64,000 bases of DNA from Deferribacterales bacterium (lineage in GTDB: Bacteria; Chrysiogenota; Deferribacteres; Deferribacterales; Geovibrionaceae), in NCBI GenBank assembly GCA_050251945.1, contig JBFWLW010000009.1, forward strand, positions 21,431 to 85,430. The letters run 5' to 3'. Both the position numbers and the translations under genes were made by a program. Shown here piece after piece: positions 1-10,046 of this stretch; the first letter of the stretch is position 1; every line of letters begins with the position of its first letter. The notes beneath the pieces are model-generated. The model was not told the DNA's origin. It did no database searches and worked only from the letters and a program-made list of their open reading frames with translations.

Positions 1-827
1 TCCGCACTGACACTCAGTCCTGAGGCGTTCTCTTTAACGTCGGAAACTATCTCCTGAATACTGCCGACAAAACTGTCGAAATAACCGGACATCTCTCCTA
101 TCTCGTCTTTCGTCTTTATATTGATACGACGCGTAAGGTCTCCCTTGCCGCTTGTGAAATCTTTAAGAATGTGGATAAATCCATAAAGTCTTTTAATAAC
201 CGACGTGTAAACAAAGAAATATATCAGACCGGAAAGGATCGCTATGGACACCGACGTCACATATACCCAGAAAGCAGCGGAACTCACCGCCTGTCTGTTT
301 ATGTCGGACGCGATCTCATATTCGTTCGTTATAGATGACACAAGCGTGTCAATCTCAGAGCTGTTCTCGCTTGCTAAACCGTCTATTTTGTCATCCAGCG
401 CAGCAAAAACATCGTCTGCAGCACCGTTTTTAACGGCAGGAAAGAGTTCGCCTTCAATGATTTCTTTCTGTTTCGCAAACAGAGCAAGTATCTTTTCAAT
501 AGTCTCTTTTTCCTCTCCTGTGTCCGCATAGGCGCGGAAACCGGAGGTCATCTCACCAATATCTTTGTAGTGAGCGCTGATCTCATCAATGAGTTCAGGG
601 GCAATCTGCATTGAATCTTTGTCGACAATAATATCCATTGCCGCAAGAGCAATGCCGCTGTTGTAAGTTTTCAGGAGGTTAACATCAAGAATCTGACGGG
701 TTCTGGAATCCTGCACCTCGGAAGCGGATTTCGCTCCAGAGAGTTTGACGCCAAGATATACGGCGGTAAATACGGAAACTGCGAACAGTACAGCGAAAAA
801 TAAATTCAGCTTCACCCTTATACTCAT
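1..827 (-). CDS. Methyl-accepting chemotaxis protein, N-terminal part (runs off the window edge)
   Basis: Not in the ORF track; translated by hand: MSIRVKLNLFFAVLFAVSVF (TM1), helical periplasmic domain, TM2, HAMP 'GKGDLTRRINIKTKDEIGEMSGYFDSFV'; RBS GAGGTG at 832-837. Confidence 0.85.
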   Translation of the reverse strand, partial: MSIRVKLNLFFAVLFAVSVFTAVYLGVKLSGAKSASEVQDSRTRQILDVNLLKTYNSGIALAAMDIIVDKDSMQIAPELIDEISAHYKDIGEMTSGFRAYADTGEEKETIEKILALFAKQKEIIEGELFPAVKNGAADDVFAALDDKIDGLASENSSEIDTLVSSITNEYEIASDINRQAVSSAAFWVYVTSVSIAILSGLIYFFVYTSVIKRLYGFIHILKDFTSGKGDLTRRINIKTKDEIGEMSGYFDSFVGSIQEIVSDVKENASGLSVSA

Positions 828-904
828 ACGGCACCTCAAATAAAGACTCAGTTGCTAATTGAATATACCGATTCCGTCTGAATTTAACAAGTGAATGTTC
901 TGTG

Positions 905-2098
905 TTATATTCTCCCTTTCTTTCTGAGCCACATAAAGAGAAAAGGCCATATTATAAGAACAACAAGCGAAATGGACATTATCATATAACCGTAATAGCG
1001 CAGAGGATCGGGGTGAGGCAATGTCACAAGCCACATGCAGAGCGCGCCCGCCATGAACTGATAAAAAACCATGAAAGATGAGGCGGAACCGATGTCTGTG
1101 CGTACCTGTTCAAGGACAAGACTTGAGCTGACCGGTCTGTTGAAACCCATAAAAAATGCAAATATAAACATTCCCGCGGCAAAAAACTCGTAGCCGAGGT
1201 GGTTGAAAAGCAAAACAAAAAGTCCGCCCACAAAAGTACCTATAAAACCCGCTGTAAGCATTCTGGACTGCTTGAGCTTTATAGAAAGCTTTGCGCTGGC
1301 AAACGAGCCGGCCATGGCACAAACCGCATTCAGACCGAAAAGAACGCTGAAAAGCTGACCGGAAAGCCCGTATACCTTAATGTAGGCAATGGGCGAGAAC
1401 GCTATGAAACCGTAAAACGGGGAGATGGAAAGTCCCATCACTGTCGTCGCCACAGCATATTCTTTATTGAACAGTAATGACTTATAGCGCAGAAAAAGTG
1501 ATACGATGCTCCCTTTTATGAACTCTTTCGAGGTCTCTTCATAGCCCATCGCTATTATCGACGTGATAAGCACCATAGAGCCCTGCGCGAAAAATATGAG
1601 CCTCCATGAGCCAAGCCCGAGGAGCATTGTGCCTATCGAGGGCGCAACCATAGGCGCAACGGCAAGGATTACTCCTATATATGCCAGTGCTTTCTGGCGT
1701 TCGGCTCCTTCGTATCTGTCCCTGCATATAGCCATAACCATGGCGGACGGCGCAGCTGCACCCATCCCCTGTATAATGCGGAAAAGGATAAGCATATGCG
1801 GATTCGTTGCAAGTCCGCACAGAAAACTGGAAACAACGAAAAGCCAGAGACCGAAAAGCAGTACAGGTCTGCGTCCGAATTTATCTGAAAGCGGTCCGAA
1901 TATCAAAAGAGACGAACTGAAAGAGGCAAACCAGAGAACCAGAGAAAGATTGACCACAGAAACGTGAACGTTCCAGTCTGCCGCTATACTGGGGATAGCA
2001 GAAAGATACATATCCGTTGCAAGAGGCGGGGTTGCTCCGATCAGTGAAAGGAATATAATATAAATTGACGGGTTTTTTATTCTGAATGAACTCAACAT
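905..2098 (-). CDS. Bcr/CflA family MFS multidrug efflux transporter
   Basis: 'ATDMYLSAIP', MFS motif A 'GPLSDKFGRRPVLL', about 12 TM segments. Confidence 0.9.
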   Translation of the reverse strand: MLSSFRIKNPSIYIIFLSLIGATPPLATDMYLSAIPSIAADWNVHVSVVNLSLVLWFASFSSSLLIFGPLSDKFGRRPVLLFGLWLFVVSSFLCGLATNPHMLILFRIIQGMGAAAPSAMVMAICRDRYEGAERQKALAYIGVILAVAPMVAPSIGTMLLGLGSWRLIFFAQGSMVLITSIIAMGYEETSKEFIKGSIVSLFLRYKSLLFNKEYAVATTVMGLSISPFYGFIAFSPIAYIKVYGLSGQLFSVLFGLNAVCAMAGSFASAKLSIKLKQSRMLTAGFIGTFVGGLFVLLFNHLGYEFFAAGMFIFAFFMGFNRPVSSSLVLEQVRTDIGSASSFMVFYQFMAGALCMWLVTLPHPDPLRYYGYMIMSISLVVLIIWPFLFMWLRKKGRI

Positions 2099-2171
2099 GA
2101 AAATCTTCTCTCCAAAATAATAATAGAACGCTTAGACTATATCAGGTATACTCTTTTTGAGGTAATATTCA

Positions 2172-3152
2172 ATGGATAAGTCATATATCACATATAGTTT
2201 TATACTATCGGACACCAACGGATGGATTGACACTGACCGCACTCATCCGTCTGTCAACGTAAAAAGAAAGCTCTCGTGGGTACACATGGAAGCGGACAGC
2301 GAAAGAACGCTGAACTGGCTGAACGAACAGGAAAACATAGACTCTCTGGCGATCGACAGTCTTCTGGAAGAGGACACACGTCCGCGTACGGCTTTCTATC
2401 AGAACGGATATATGGTCAACCTGCGCGCGGTGAACCTGAACTCTGAAAGGGATCCCCACGATATGGTTTCCATCCGTATGTTCGTACAGCCCGACAGAAT
2501 AATCTCTACATCAAAACGCCAGTGCCACGCTGTTGAAGACCTTGCGGCGGCACTTAAAACTGACGAGGCTCCGCGCACTGCCGGCGAATTTGTTACACTC
2601 CTGCTGGAGCTTCTCACGGAGCGGGCGGAAAGCTACATCACCGATCTGAAAGACAGCACATACGAGCTTGAATACAAGATTATAGACGAATCCGACATAA
2701 ACCAGCGCAGGCAGATATCCGAGATACGGCGCGCTGTAATAACTTTCACACGCTATTTCTCCCCGCAAAAGGATGCGGCGGCAAAACTTGCGGCGGCAAA
2801 AGGAAGTCTTTTCAACGGGGCGGAAGAACAAAGGATTCAGGAGTGTATAAACAAGATCAGCAAATTCATAGAGGATCTGGATGCACTGGATAACAGGTGC
2901 TACGTTCTTCAGGACGAAGTGGCGGCAATAACCAACGACAGAATAAACAAAAACATGTATTTTATATCAATGCTGGCGGCGGTATTTCTGCCCGTGACAT
3001 TTCTGACAGGTCTTTTTGGAGTCAATCTCGGCGGAATCCCCGGCGGAAAGAGCGAAAAAGGCTTCATCACATTTATTATTGTGCTGGTGCTTATAATAGT
3101 AATACAGATAGTTGCGTTCAAAAAACTGGAACGTTTCAACAGGAAGCAGTGA
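2172..3152 (+). CDS. zntB: ZntB/CorA family divalent cation (zinc) transporter
   Basis: 'ETRPR'-like motif, 'NLRAVNLN', 'DMVSIRM', GVN signature 'TGLFGVNLGGIPG', two C-terminal TMs. Confidence 0.85.
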   Translation: MDKSYITYSFILSDTNGWIDTDRTHPSVNVKRKLSWVHMEADSERTLNWLNEQENIDSLAIDSLLEEDTRPRTAFYQNGYMVNLRAVNLNSERDPHDMVSIRMFVQPDRIISTSKRQCHAVEDLAAALKTDEAPRTAGEFVTLLLELLTERAESYITDLKDSTYELEYKIIDESDINQRRQISEIRRAVITFTRYFSPQKDAAAKLAAAKGSLFNGAEEQRIQECINKISKFIEDLDALDNRCYVLQDEVAAITNDRINKNMYFISMLAAVFLPVTFLTGLFGVNLGGIPGGKSEKGFITFIIVLVLIIVIQIVAFKKLERFNRKQ

Positions 3153-3399
3153 CAGAAGCCAGCCGGAAATCCTTTCCAAGGGTCAGACCCGCTTTTTCAA
3201 GGGCATCCGCCGTGCGCTTTTCCGTGTTTTTATGTCCGCATTCAGACGTGACATAAAATAGCTTCTCCGTTATGACAAAGCTCACATCTACAATTCCATT
3301 CTGCTTTTTCATTTCATCTATGAAGGCAAACACGCAGGGAACACAGACCGTTCCGTATTCAAACCCCATGCCTTCAACATTTACTTTATATTTTTCCAT
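3136..3399 (-). CDS. Small HMA-like (CopZ-like) metal-binding protein
   Basis: 'KVNVEGM...CVPCV' and C-terminal 'ALEKAGL' match the HMA pattern; GGTGGA upstream. Confidence 0.55.
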   Translation of the reverse strand: MEKYKVNVEGMGFEYGTVCVPCVFAFIDEMKKQNGIVDVSFVITEKLFYVTSECGHKNTEKRTADALEKAGLTLGKDFRLASVTASC

Positions 3400-3601
3400 T
3401 CAATCCACCGTTATGAAAATAAATATATTATTTCAGACGGAAAAGCAAACAGGACTTTTTCAGTCCTGTTTCAGCTTGATACTGCTGTCAAATATTTTTC
3501 CAACCCTGCTACCACTTTCTGTGGCGGTTTTAAACTTTTTTTCTGCGGACAAACGAAAAGATTTTTGTTATTATCAAATCAACACAAAATGAGGTTTTCT
3601 T

Positions 3602-5200
3602 ATGAAATTAAGCATTATGAAAAAGCTCTTCATTCCTACCTCTGTAGTTTTTCTTATTGTTATCATATCTTTTATAGCTAATTGGATGGTTATCGAAGGT
3701 CAGGAGAAAGATGCACTGATCGTCAATCTTGGCGGTCGACAGCGTATGCTTACGCAGAAAATGACCAAAGAGGTACTCACATATGAGCTGAGTTCCGGTT
3801 CTGCAAAAGATGATACAAAAAAGAATATCATGAATTCCGTCAAAAATTTCGATATCACGCTTAAAGGTCTTCTGAATTCGGGTAAAGTTCCCGTTTCAAA
3901 CGATCCTGACGGGGAAAAGGTCTTCATCTATGCGGTGGACGAACCTGCCCACACTCAACTTTTAACAGTCGAAAAGATGTGGAGCGATCTCTCCGCAAAC
4001 ATATCAAAATATCTTGAAGCCGGAGACAAACAGGCGCTCGCGTATATAATGCAGAACAACATGCCCCTTCTGGCAGAAATGAACAAAGCTGTTACCATGC
4101 TCCAGAAAAGCTCTGAGGCAAAAGTTACAAATATGCTGAGGCTTCAGCTCTTTTTTACTGCTGTGATAATCATATCGGTACTGCTGCTTATGCTTGCAGC
4201 AAAAATAATGATAGGATTCATAAATATTTTCAAAGCCAGACTGCGCGACATATCCGAGGGCAACGGCGACCTGAGACTGAGGCTGAACGTTAAAAGCCAT
4301 GACGAGATAGGCACTGCGGCAACCTATGTCGATCACTTCATCGACACAATTCACAGGGTTGTTTCCTCAACAATGCGCAACGCGGACGAAACCTACGAAT
4401 CGAGCATCAGGCTTTCATCAACAGCCGAGTCTCTGTCTGACAACATTCATCAGCAAATGGAGCTTGTTTCAAAAAGCGGCGAACTTACATCCGAAGTGGG
4501 ACAGGAGCTTGATGTAACCGAAGAAATGGCAGTAACCACCACTGAAGTCATTGAAAAAGGGAACAAACAACTTGAGGAGTTTACCGTTCATCTCAACACT
4601 TTTTCCGCTTCAATCGTTCAGGACAGCAAAAGACAGTCGGAACTTTCAGAACGCATCAAAGCGCTTAACGAGCAGATGGCACAGATATCATCCGTTCTGG
4701 GCATGATAGCCGACATCGCAGACCAGACAAACCTGCTGGCGCTGAACGCATCCATTGAGGCGGCAAGAGCTGGTGAACACGGGCGGGGTTTTGCCGTTGT
4801 AGCCGACGAGGTCCGCAAACTGGCGGAACGCACACAGGCTTCACTCGGCACCATAAACGCAACCACAAGCGAACTGGTCAACAGCGTTGAATCCATCAGC
4901 AGGGAAACCGATAAACTGTCCAAAAAGATACTCGGAGTTGCAGATCAGTCGAACGACCTGATAAATCTGGCGACTAACACAAAAAACGAACTGAGCGTTT
5001 CGCTGAACACTTCCGCCACGCTGGTGGGCAAGACAACACTAATCGCCACCAGAACAAAAGAGCTGATACTTATAATGCAAAAGCTCTATAAGCTCTCCGA
5101 ACAGAACACACACGCAGGTGATGACGTCAGCCAGATCGCCGCGTCGCTGAACGCGAAGGCGATGGAGCTTTCATCCATGCTGAAACACTTTACGGTATAA
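3602..5200 (+). CDS. Methyl-accepting chemotaxis protein with PilJ/NarX-like sensor domain
   Basis: '[13 protein letters not shown]' P-box-like motif, 2 TM, HAMP, signalling core '[37 protein letters not shown]'. Confidence 0.92.
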   Translation: MKLSIMKKLFIPTSVVFLIVIISFIANWMVIEGQEKDALIVNLGGRQRMLTQKMTKEVLTYELSSGSAKDDTKKNIMNSVKNFDITLKGLLNSGKVPVSNDPDGEKVFIYAVDEPAHTQLLTVEKMWSDLSANISKYLEAGDKQALAYIMQNNMPLLAEMNKAVTMLQKSSEAKVTNMLRLQLFFTAVIIISVLLLMLAAKIMIGFINIFKARLRDISEGNGDLRLRLNVKSHDEIGTAATYVDHFIDTIHRVVSSTMRNADETYESSIRLSSTAESLSDNIHQQMELVSKSGELTSEVGQELDVTEEMAVTTTEVIEKGNKQLEEFTVHLNTFSASIVQDSKRQSELSERIKALNEQMAQISSVLGMIADIADQTNLLALNASIEAARAGEHGRGFAVVADEVRKLAERTQASLGTINATTSELVNSVESISRETDKLSKKILGVADQSNDLINLATNTKNELSVSLNTSATLVGKTTLIATRTKELILIMQKLYKLSEQNTHAGDDVSQIAASLNAKAMELSSMLKHFTV

Positions 5201-5205
5201 AGCGA

Positions 5206-5387
5206 AGGCGGTATCACACGCCGCCTCCGGTTGTTGACAAACTAAATTTATACAGACTCACATTAGACTGCTTCGGGTTAAAACCCTCGCAGAGACGTTT
5301 TTTGTCTTCGCGAGGAGCGCATGCGACGACGCGATCTCGCATTTTCCTGACTTTGTCATCAGTCTGAGGCGGTATCACACGCCGCCT
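5206..5387. mobile_element. MITE copy 1 (5227-5366) flanked by an identical 21-bp duplication of a terminator hairpin (5206-5226, 5367-5387)
   Basis: AGGCGGTATCACACGCCGCCT on both sides; imperfect TIRs CCGGTTGTTGACAAACT / (revcomp) CAGACTGATGACAAAGT; near-identical to the reverse complement of 36289-36430. Confidence 0.88.
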
Positions 5388-6724
5388 TTTTTTATCAATT
5401 CAATCTTTCTTATATATCCGTCCACATCAAACTTTGAACGGCATCCGTTGCGGTTCATATATCTTATCTTGCCGTAAACCGGACGCTCCGCCCAAGCCCT
5501 GTCATGCACACCAGCAACACTCCATGCAACGCCGACACAGCCGTTCGGGTCGCGCCCGTCCAGAGCATAGGTATCGTTCAGAAGCAGAGCATATTTAAAA
5601 GCAGTCTCAGGACTTTCAGTCCATTCCAGTATCTTCTTCGCCCAGTACATCCGCATATATCCGTGCATCCTTCCCGTCATCTTCATCTGAATCTGCGCCG
5701 CATTCCAAAGGGAATCGTGCGTCTGCGCCGCCTCAAACACTTCATACGGGTAGACGTATTCCCGTCTGTCTGATCGGTGTTCGTCCAAAGTTTTCAAAGC
5801 CCACGGGTCAGCACCCTCTATGCTGTCGTATCTGTCGTTATACAGGCAGTAGTTATCAGAGAGTTCGCGGCGGACTATCAGCTCTTCAATGTAAGCATCC
5901 TTATCAGCATCCGGAGCGTCTGCCGCCAGAACGTCAAGCGCCGCCCGCTGGGGCGCTGCCTGTCCGAAATGGAAATAAGGTGACATCGTGGACTGAGCAT
6001 CTTCATTCGGGTCGTTTCTCTTTTCGTTGTAAAAACAAAGCCTGTCGTTAACAAAACATTGAAGAACTTCCTGCGCCGCTTTCGCACCTGAAACAATCGG
6101 AAAATGACCGCTGTATGGATAAAGCGCCTCAGCTCTTGTCCAGTCTGGTTCCTGCACAGCATCCGAAAAAACAGCCTTCTGCTTTTGCATCTTTGGAAAT
6201 TCCGTCAGAAACTCTCCCAAAACCCGATGTATCTTCGGTCTGATTGTTCTGGCGGCATACTCCTGTTTCGGCGATGTGAAACGGCACGGAACAACGTTGT
6301 GCGCATCCACTTCTATAACGGGGATGTCGAGCGCCGACGCCACATCCGCACGCCATGCCATAGGCACTTTTAAAGGCATAAAATCGCATATCAGTGTGTC
6401 TGCATTGTGGTATCTGACAAATTTAGGGATCTCTTCCTGCGGTCTGCCGATAAGCAAATAGAAAGGTATGTTCAGGGCTTCAAGCTCTTTCGCGGTCTCT
6501 TTCAGCCCGTTTATCATAAATCTGTAATGGAATGAATTGCCGTTGGGAAAATCGGGCGACAGACAAAAAGCCACTGCGAAAGCACTGCCCGCCGCCTCTG
6601 CCAGCTTTGCGGCATAAACAAGCGCCCAGTTATCTTTTGCGCGCTGGTCTCTGGACATCCAGTAAATAGTTCTGCCCGCCTGCGCCAGTCTGTCGTTAAG
6701 TGAAAAAGTACGCCTTATATCCAT
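5375..6724 (-). CDS. phr: Class II CPD deoxyribodipyrimidine photolyase
   Basis: 'YWMSRDQRAKDNWAL', 'EVDAHNVVP', 'EELIVRRELSDNY', 'MHGYMRMYWAKKILEW', 'DGRDPNG'; start moved to the ATG at 6724 to avoid overlap with argO. Confidence 0.93.
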   Translation of the reverse strand: MDIRRTFSLNDRLAQAGRTIYWMSRDQRAKDNWALVYAAKLAEAAGSAFAVAFCLSPDFPNGNSFHYRFMINGLKETAKELEALNIPFYLLIGRPQEEIPKFVRYHNADTLICDFMPLKVPMAWRADVASALDIPVIEVDAHNVVPCRFTSPKQEYAARTIRPKIHRVLGEFLTEFPKMQKQKAVFSDAVQEPDWTRAEALYPYSGHFPIVSGAKAAQEVLQCFVNDRLCFYNEKRNDPNEDAQSTMSPYFHFGQAAPQRAALDVLAADAPDADKDAYIEELIVRRELSDNYCLYNDRYDSIEGADPWALKTLDEHRSDRREYVYPYEVFEAAQTHDSLWNAAQIQMKMTGRMHGYMRMYWAKKILEWTESPETAFKYALLLNDTYALDGRDPNGCVGVAWSVAGVHDRAWAERPVYGKIRYMNRNGCRSKFDVDGYIRKIELIKKGGV

Positions 6725-6735
6725 AAGGCATTGTA

Positions 6736-7332
6736 CTATATTATGAGCGAAACCGCCACTCCCCACATTGTACAGCACACAAGCCCGTCCAGAATTCTCC
6801 AGACGACAGGTCTGGCGAACACTCTTGCCAGAGCGGAACCGAACAGCACAAGGGCGAAGAACCACACAACGGAAGCAGTTGACGCACCAAGTCCGAAAAC
6901 ATAGCGTCCGCTGCCGATGAATCCGGCGCTGATGCTCCCCACCAGAAGCACGGTGTCAAGGTAGACGTGGGGGTTAAGCACTGTCACGGCGAGAGTTGCA
7001 AGGAGAGTTTTTTTTATGCTGGAATCGGTATTTTCGTTCAGCTCCATTTTGCGGACGGAAAAAGCTGACCTTAAAGACAGAAAACCGTACCAGAAAAGAA
7101 ACGCCGCGCCGCCCCATGTGGCAATCTTCATCAGGGTCGGGTTTGATGCAACAAAAGTTCCCACACCTGCAACGCCTGTCATAATGAACAACACGTCGAA
7201 TATGGCACATACCAGAGCAACCTTAAAATGATGATTCCTCTTAACACTCTGGGTCAGAACAAACGCGTTCTGCGCTCCTATCGCAACTATCAGTCCGGCT
7301 CCTGTTGAAAATCCACTAACAAATGCAGTCAT
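6736..7332 (-). CDS. argO: LysE/ArgO family arginine/lysine exporter
   Basis: 'LIVAIGAQNAFVL', 'LNPHVYLDTV'; divergent from ArgP-type regulator; AGGAG upstream of ATG 7332. Confidence 0.88.
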   Translation of the reverse strand: MTAFVSGFSTGAGLIVAIGAQNAFVLTQSVKRNHHFKVALVCAIFDVLFIMTGVAGVGTFVASNPTLMKIATWGGAAFLFWYGFLSLRSAFSVRKMELNENTDSSIKKTLLATLAVTVLNPHVYLDTVLLVGSISAGFIGSGRYVFGLGASTASVVWFFALVLFGSALARVFARPVVWRILDGLVCCTMWGVAVSLII

Positions 7333-7402
7333 TTCACTCTCCTTTCGTAAGAGAACATATGACATGGCAGATCAAAAGTAAAATTAATTGTTTTCATAAT
7401 AC

Positions 7403-7417
7403 ATAAGTTTTGCTAAT
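7403..7417. promoter_or_regulatory. Putative LysR (ArgP/LysG) recognition site
   Basis: ATAAG-N5-CTAAT imperfect dyad with T-N11-A core between divergent argO and argP. Confidence 0.45.
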
Positions 7418-7425
7418 ATTAGCTT

Positions 7426-8307
7426 ATGTACGATTACAAACTTCTGGAAGCCTTCTGCGCTGTTGTTGAACATGGTGGATTTGAAAAGGCGGCGGAAAAA
7501 CTTTTTATAACACAGTCGGCAGTTTCCCAGCGGGTGCGCCAGCTTGAGGATGCGGCGAAATCCGTTCTTCTTGTGCGCTCCAGCCCGCCAATGCCCACGG
7601 ACACAGGCAAGGCGTTCATGGCGCATTTCAATAAAGTGCGTTCTCTTGAGGACGAGCTTGAAAAAGCGCTCAGCCACGACGAGGACTGCGGTTTTACAAG
7701 CATATGCATAGGTCTGAACGCGGACACCCTCGCCACATGGTTCTTTGATGCCATCGAAGAAACGGTGAAACGTGAAAGGATACTTTTAAAACTTCGGGTG
7801 GACGATCAGGAAGTCACCCATTCAATGCTGAAAAACGGCGAAGCGGCAGGCTGTATCAGCACCAGAAGCACGCCCATGCAGGGATGCAGCGTACATTACC
7901 TCGGCAAAACAACCTACAGAATGTACGTCTCCCCCGAAAAACATAAAGAGTGGTTCCCCGAAGGTTTCACAGAGAAAGCTTTGCAGAGCGTGCCTGTAAT
8001 CATATACAACGAACGGGACACACTGCATACCCAGATGTTCCGAAATGCGCTCGGCAAAGATAGTGTCGCCCATCCAGAACTTTTCATCCCGTCCGTCGAA
8101 AAATATCTGGATGCTGTCGTACGCGGGTTCGGTATCGGCATGATGCCCGATCAGCAGTGCAAAGCATATCTCGAACAGGGAATGATAGCCGATGCGGCGG
8201 CTCCTCACACGGTTGAGGCGCATCTTTACTGGCACAGATGGAACATAGATTCAAAGCCTCTGGATGCACTTACAAAAGCTCTGATTCGCTATTGTAAAGA
8301 TGCATAA
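7426..8307 (+). CDS. argP: LysR family regulator ArgP/LysG
   Basis: HTH 'FEKAAEKLFITQSAVSQRVRQLE', 'NADTLATWF', 'LYWHRW'. Confidence 0.9.
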   Translation: MYDYKLLEAFCAVVEHGGFEKAAEKLFITQSAVSQRVRQLEDAAKSVLLVRSSPPMPTDTGKAFMAHFNKVRSLEDELEKALSHDEDCGFTSICIGLNADTLATWFFDAIEETVKRERILLKLRVDDQEVTHSMLKNGEAAGCISTRSTPMQGCSVHYLGKTTYRMYVSPEKHKEWFPEGFTEKALQSVPVIIYNERDTLHTQMFRNALGKDSVAHPELFIPSVEKYLDAVVRGFGIGMMPDQQCKAYLEQGMIADAAAPHTVEAHLYWHRWNIDSKPLDALTKALIRYCKDA

Positions 8308-8349
8308 TGTGATATATTCTGAAAATTATTTGTTTGTTTGGAGGCATCT

Positions 8350-9372
8350 ATGAACGTTCATGACATAATCAGAAAAGTACGCGACAGAGAAGCGTTTACA
8401 CACACCGAAGTGGTTTCAATGCTTGAAACAGACCCCAAATCCAGAGAGGCACACCTGCTTATGGGTGAAGGCGCCGAAATCTCCCGCAAACTGACAGGCA
8501 ACACCGCCGAGGTACACGGACAGTTCGCACTTAATCTTGCACCCTGTCCCGTAAACTGCCGGTTCTGCGCGTTCGCCGCAAAATACGGCATTTTTAAAGA
8601 ACCCAAGGAACTCACAGTTCAGGAATCCATAGACTATGCAAAAGGCTTTGACAACGCACCCGAAAACGCCGCGGTATTCCTTATGACCACTGCGAATTAC
8701 GATTTCGGAAAATTCATAGAGATATCGCAGGAGATCAGAAAGATACTCCGTCCCGAAACACTTATGATAGCCAACGTAGGCGACATGTCGCCCGAACAGG
8801 CGGTTAAGATGAAAAATGCAGGGTTTAACGGCACATACCACGCAATCCGCATGGGCGAAGGTGAAAAAACCAACGCTCCGGTGAAACAAAGGTTGAAATC
8901 CATACGCGCGTTTCAGGATGCCGGACTCATCGTAGGAACCTGCGTGGAACCCATCGGACCTGAACACACAAACGACGAAATAGCTGAAAAGATACTCCTT
9001 GCGGCATCATTCGACCCCGCTTTCAGCGGTGCCATGCGCAGGATAACCATCCCCGGATCCGACCTTGAACAATACGGAATGATATCCGAACTGCGTCTGG
9101 CGCAAATTGTTGCGGTCACACGCATTGCCACCCCCATGAACGTTCTGGGCAACTGCACCCACGAGCCGAACGTTCTCGGTGCATCATCCGGTGCAAACCT
9201 TTTCTGGGCGGAGGTCGGCGCAAACCCGAGAGACACTAACGAAAAAACGGAAGACAACAGAGGGATGTCCGTTGCAGACTGCTCCAAACTCTTTACGGAG
9301 GCAGACTGGCAGGTTGGCAAACGTCCTTCAGCATACTATAATAAAAATCACAGCATTTTTGCAGAGGTATAA
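8350..9372 (+). CDS. Radical SAM protein, biotin-synthase-like family, function unknown
   Basis: CxxxCxxC 'CPVNCRFC', C-terminal 'GANLFWAE'; GGAGG RBS. Confidence 0.8.
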   Translation: MNVHDIIRKVRDREAFTHTEVVSMLETDPKSREAHLLMGEGAEISRKLTGNTAEVHGQFALNLAPCPVNCRFCAFAAKYGIFKEPKELTVQESIDYAKGFDNAPENAAVFLMTTANYDFGKFIEISQEIRKILRPETLMIANVGDMSPEQAVKMKNAGFNGTYHAIRMGEGEKTNAPVKQRLKSIRAFQDAGLIVGTCVEPIGPEHTNDEIAEKILLAASFDPAFSGAMRRITIPGSDLEQYGMISELRLAQIVAVTRIATPMNVLGNCTHEPNVLGASSGANLFWAEVGANPRDTNEKTEDNRGMSVADCSKLFTEADWQVGKRPSAYYNKNHSIFAEV

Positions 9373-9375
9373 AAC

Positions 9376-10002
9376 ATGCTCGACAGCACACAGATCATCC
9401 TTTTCTGTTCAACATCGCTCCTGCTTGCAATCACCCCGGGACCGGATATCATTTATGTCATAACCCGCGGCATAACACAGGGGCACAAAAGCGGCATGGC
9501 GGCGGCGGCTGGGTTTTCGCTCGGCAACATAGCACACACCACCTTTGCCATTGTGGGTCTGTCGGCGATAATCCGTTCCAGTGCGCTGGCGTTCACCGCC
9601 ATAAAGTTTGCAGGTGCCGTTTACCTTATCTACATCGGCTGGAAAACCTTCACCAGCAAGGGCGGCGCATCTGCGGAAAAAGACACTAAGATATTAAGCC
9701 CGAAGGCTGTTTTCGTACAGAGCATCACTGCAAATATCTTAAACCCGAAGGTGGCGCTGTTTTTCATAGCTTTCTTCCCGCAGTTCGTAAAGCCGCAGAA
9801 CGGACACCCCGCCATTCAGATGGCGCTTCTTGGGCTGCTGTTCATCATATGCACCTTCATAGTGTTTTCTGCCTGCGCTCTTTTCAGCGGACAGATAGGC
9901 GAAAAGCTCAAACACTCTAGAGGCGCGGGTTATCTCAACAAAGCGGCGGGTGCCGTACTGATGGGACTGGGCGTTGCGCTGGCTTTTTCAAAAAGATCAT
10001 AA
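9376..10002 (+). CDS. LysE/RhtB family amino-acid exporter
   Basis: 'ITPGPDIIYV', 'NILNPKVALFFIAFFPQF'. Confidence 0.9.
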   Translation: MLDSTQIILFCSTSLLLAITPGPDIIYVITRGITQGHKSGMAAAAGFSLGNIAHTTFAIVGLSAIIRSSALAFTAIKFAGAVYLIYIGWKTFTSKGGASAEKDTKILSPKAVFVQSITANILNPKVALFFIAFFPQFVKPQNGHPAIQMALLGLLFIICTFIVFSACALFSGQIGEKLKHSRGAGYLNKAAGAVLMGLGVALAFSKRS

Positions 10003-10010
10003 AAACTTGA

Positions 10011-10038
10011 TGTAATTTTTATTACAAAACTGTATAAT
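10011..10038 (+). promoter_or_regulatory. Putative operator palindrome and -10 box of azlC
   Basis: TGTAAT-TTTT-ATTACA (10011-10026); TATAAT at 10033-10038, 8 nt before the ATG. Confidence 0.45.
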
Positions 10039-10046
10039 CCTTTCCG

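Noticed and set aside
6725..6865. 47-aa N-terminal extension of the photolyase in the ORF track
   Set aside because: Overlaps argO on the same strand; family similarity begins after Met at 6724.
8350..9372. Calling the radical SAM protein bioB or pylB
   Set aside because: No diagnostic motifs beyond CxxxCxxC could be confirmed and no pathway genes are nearby.
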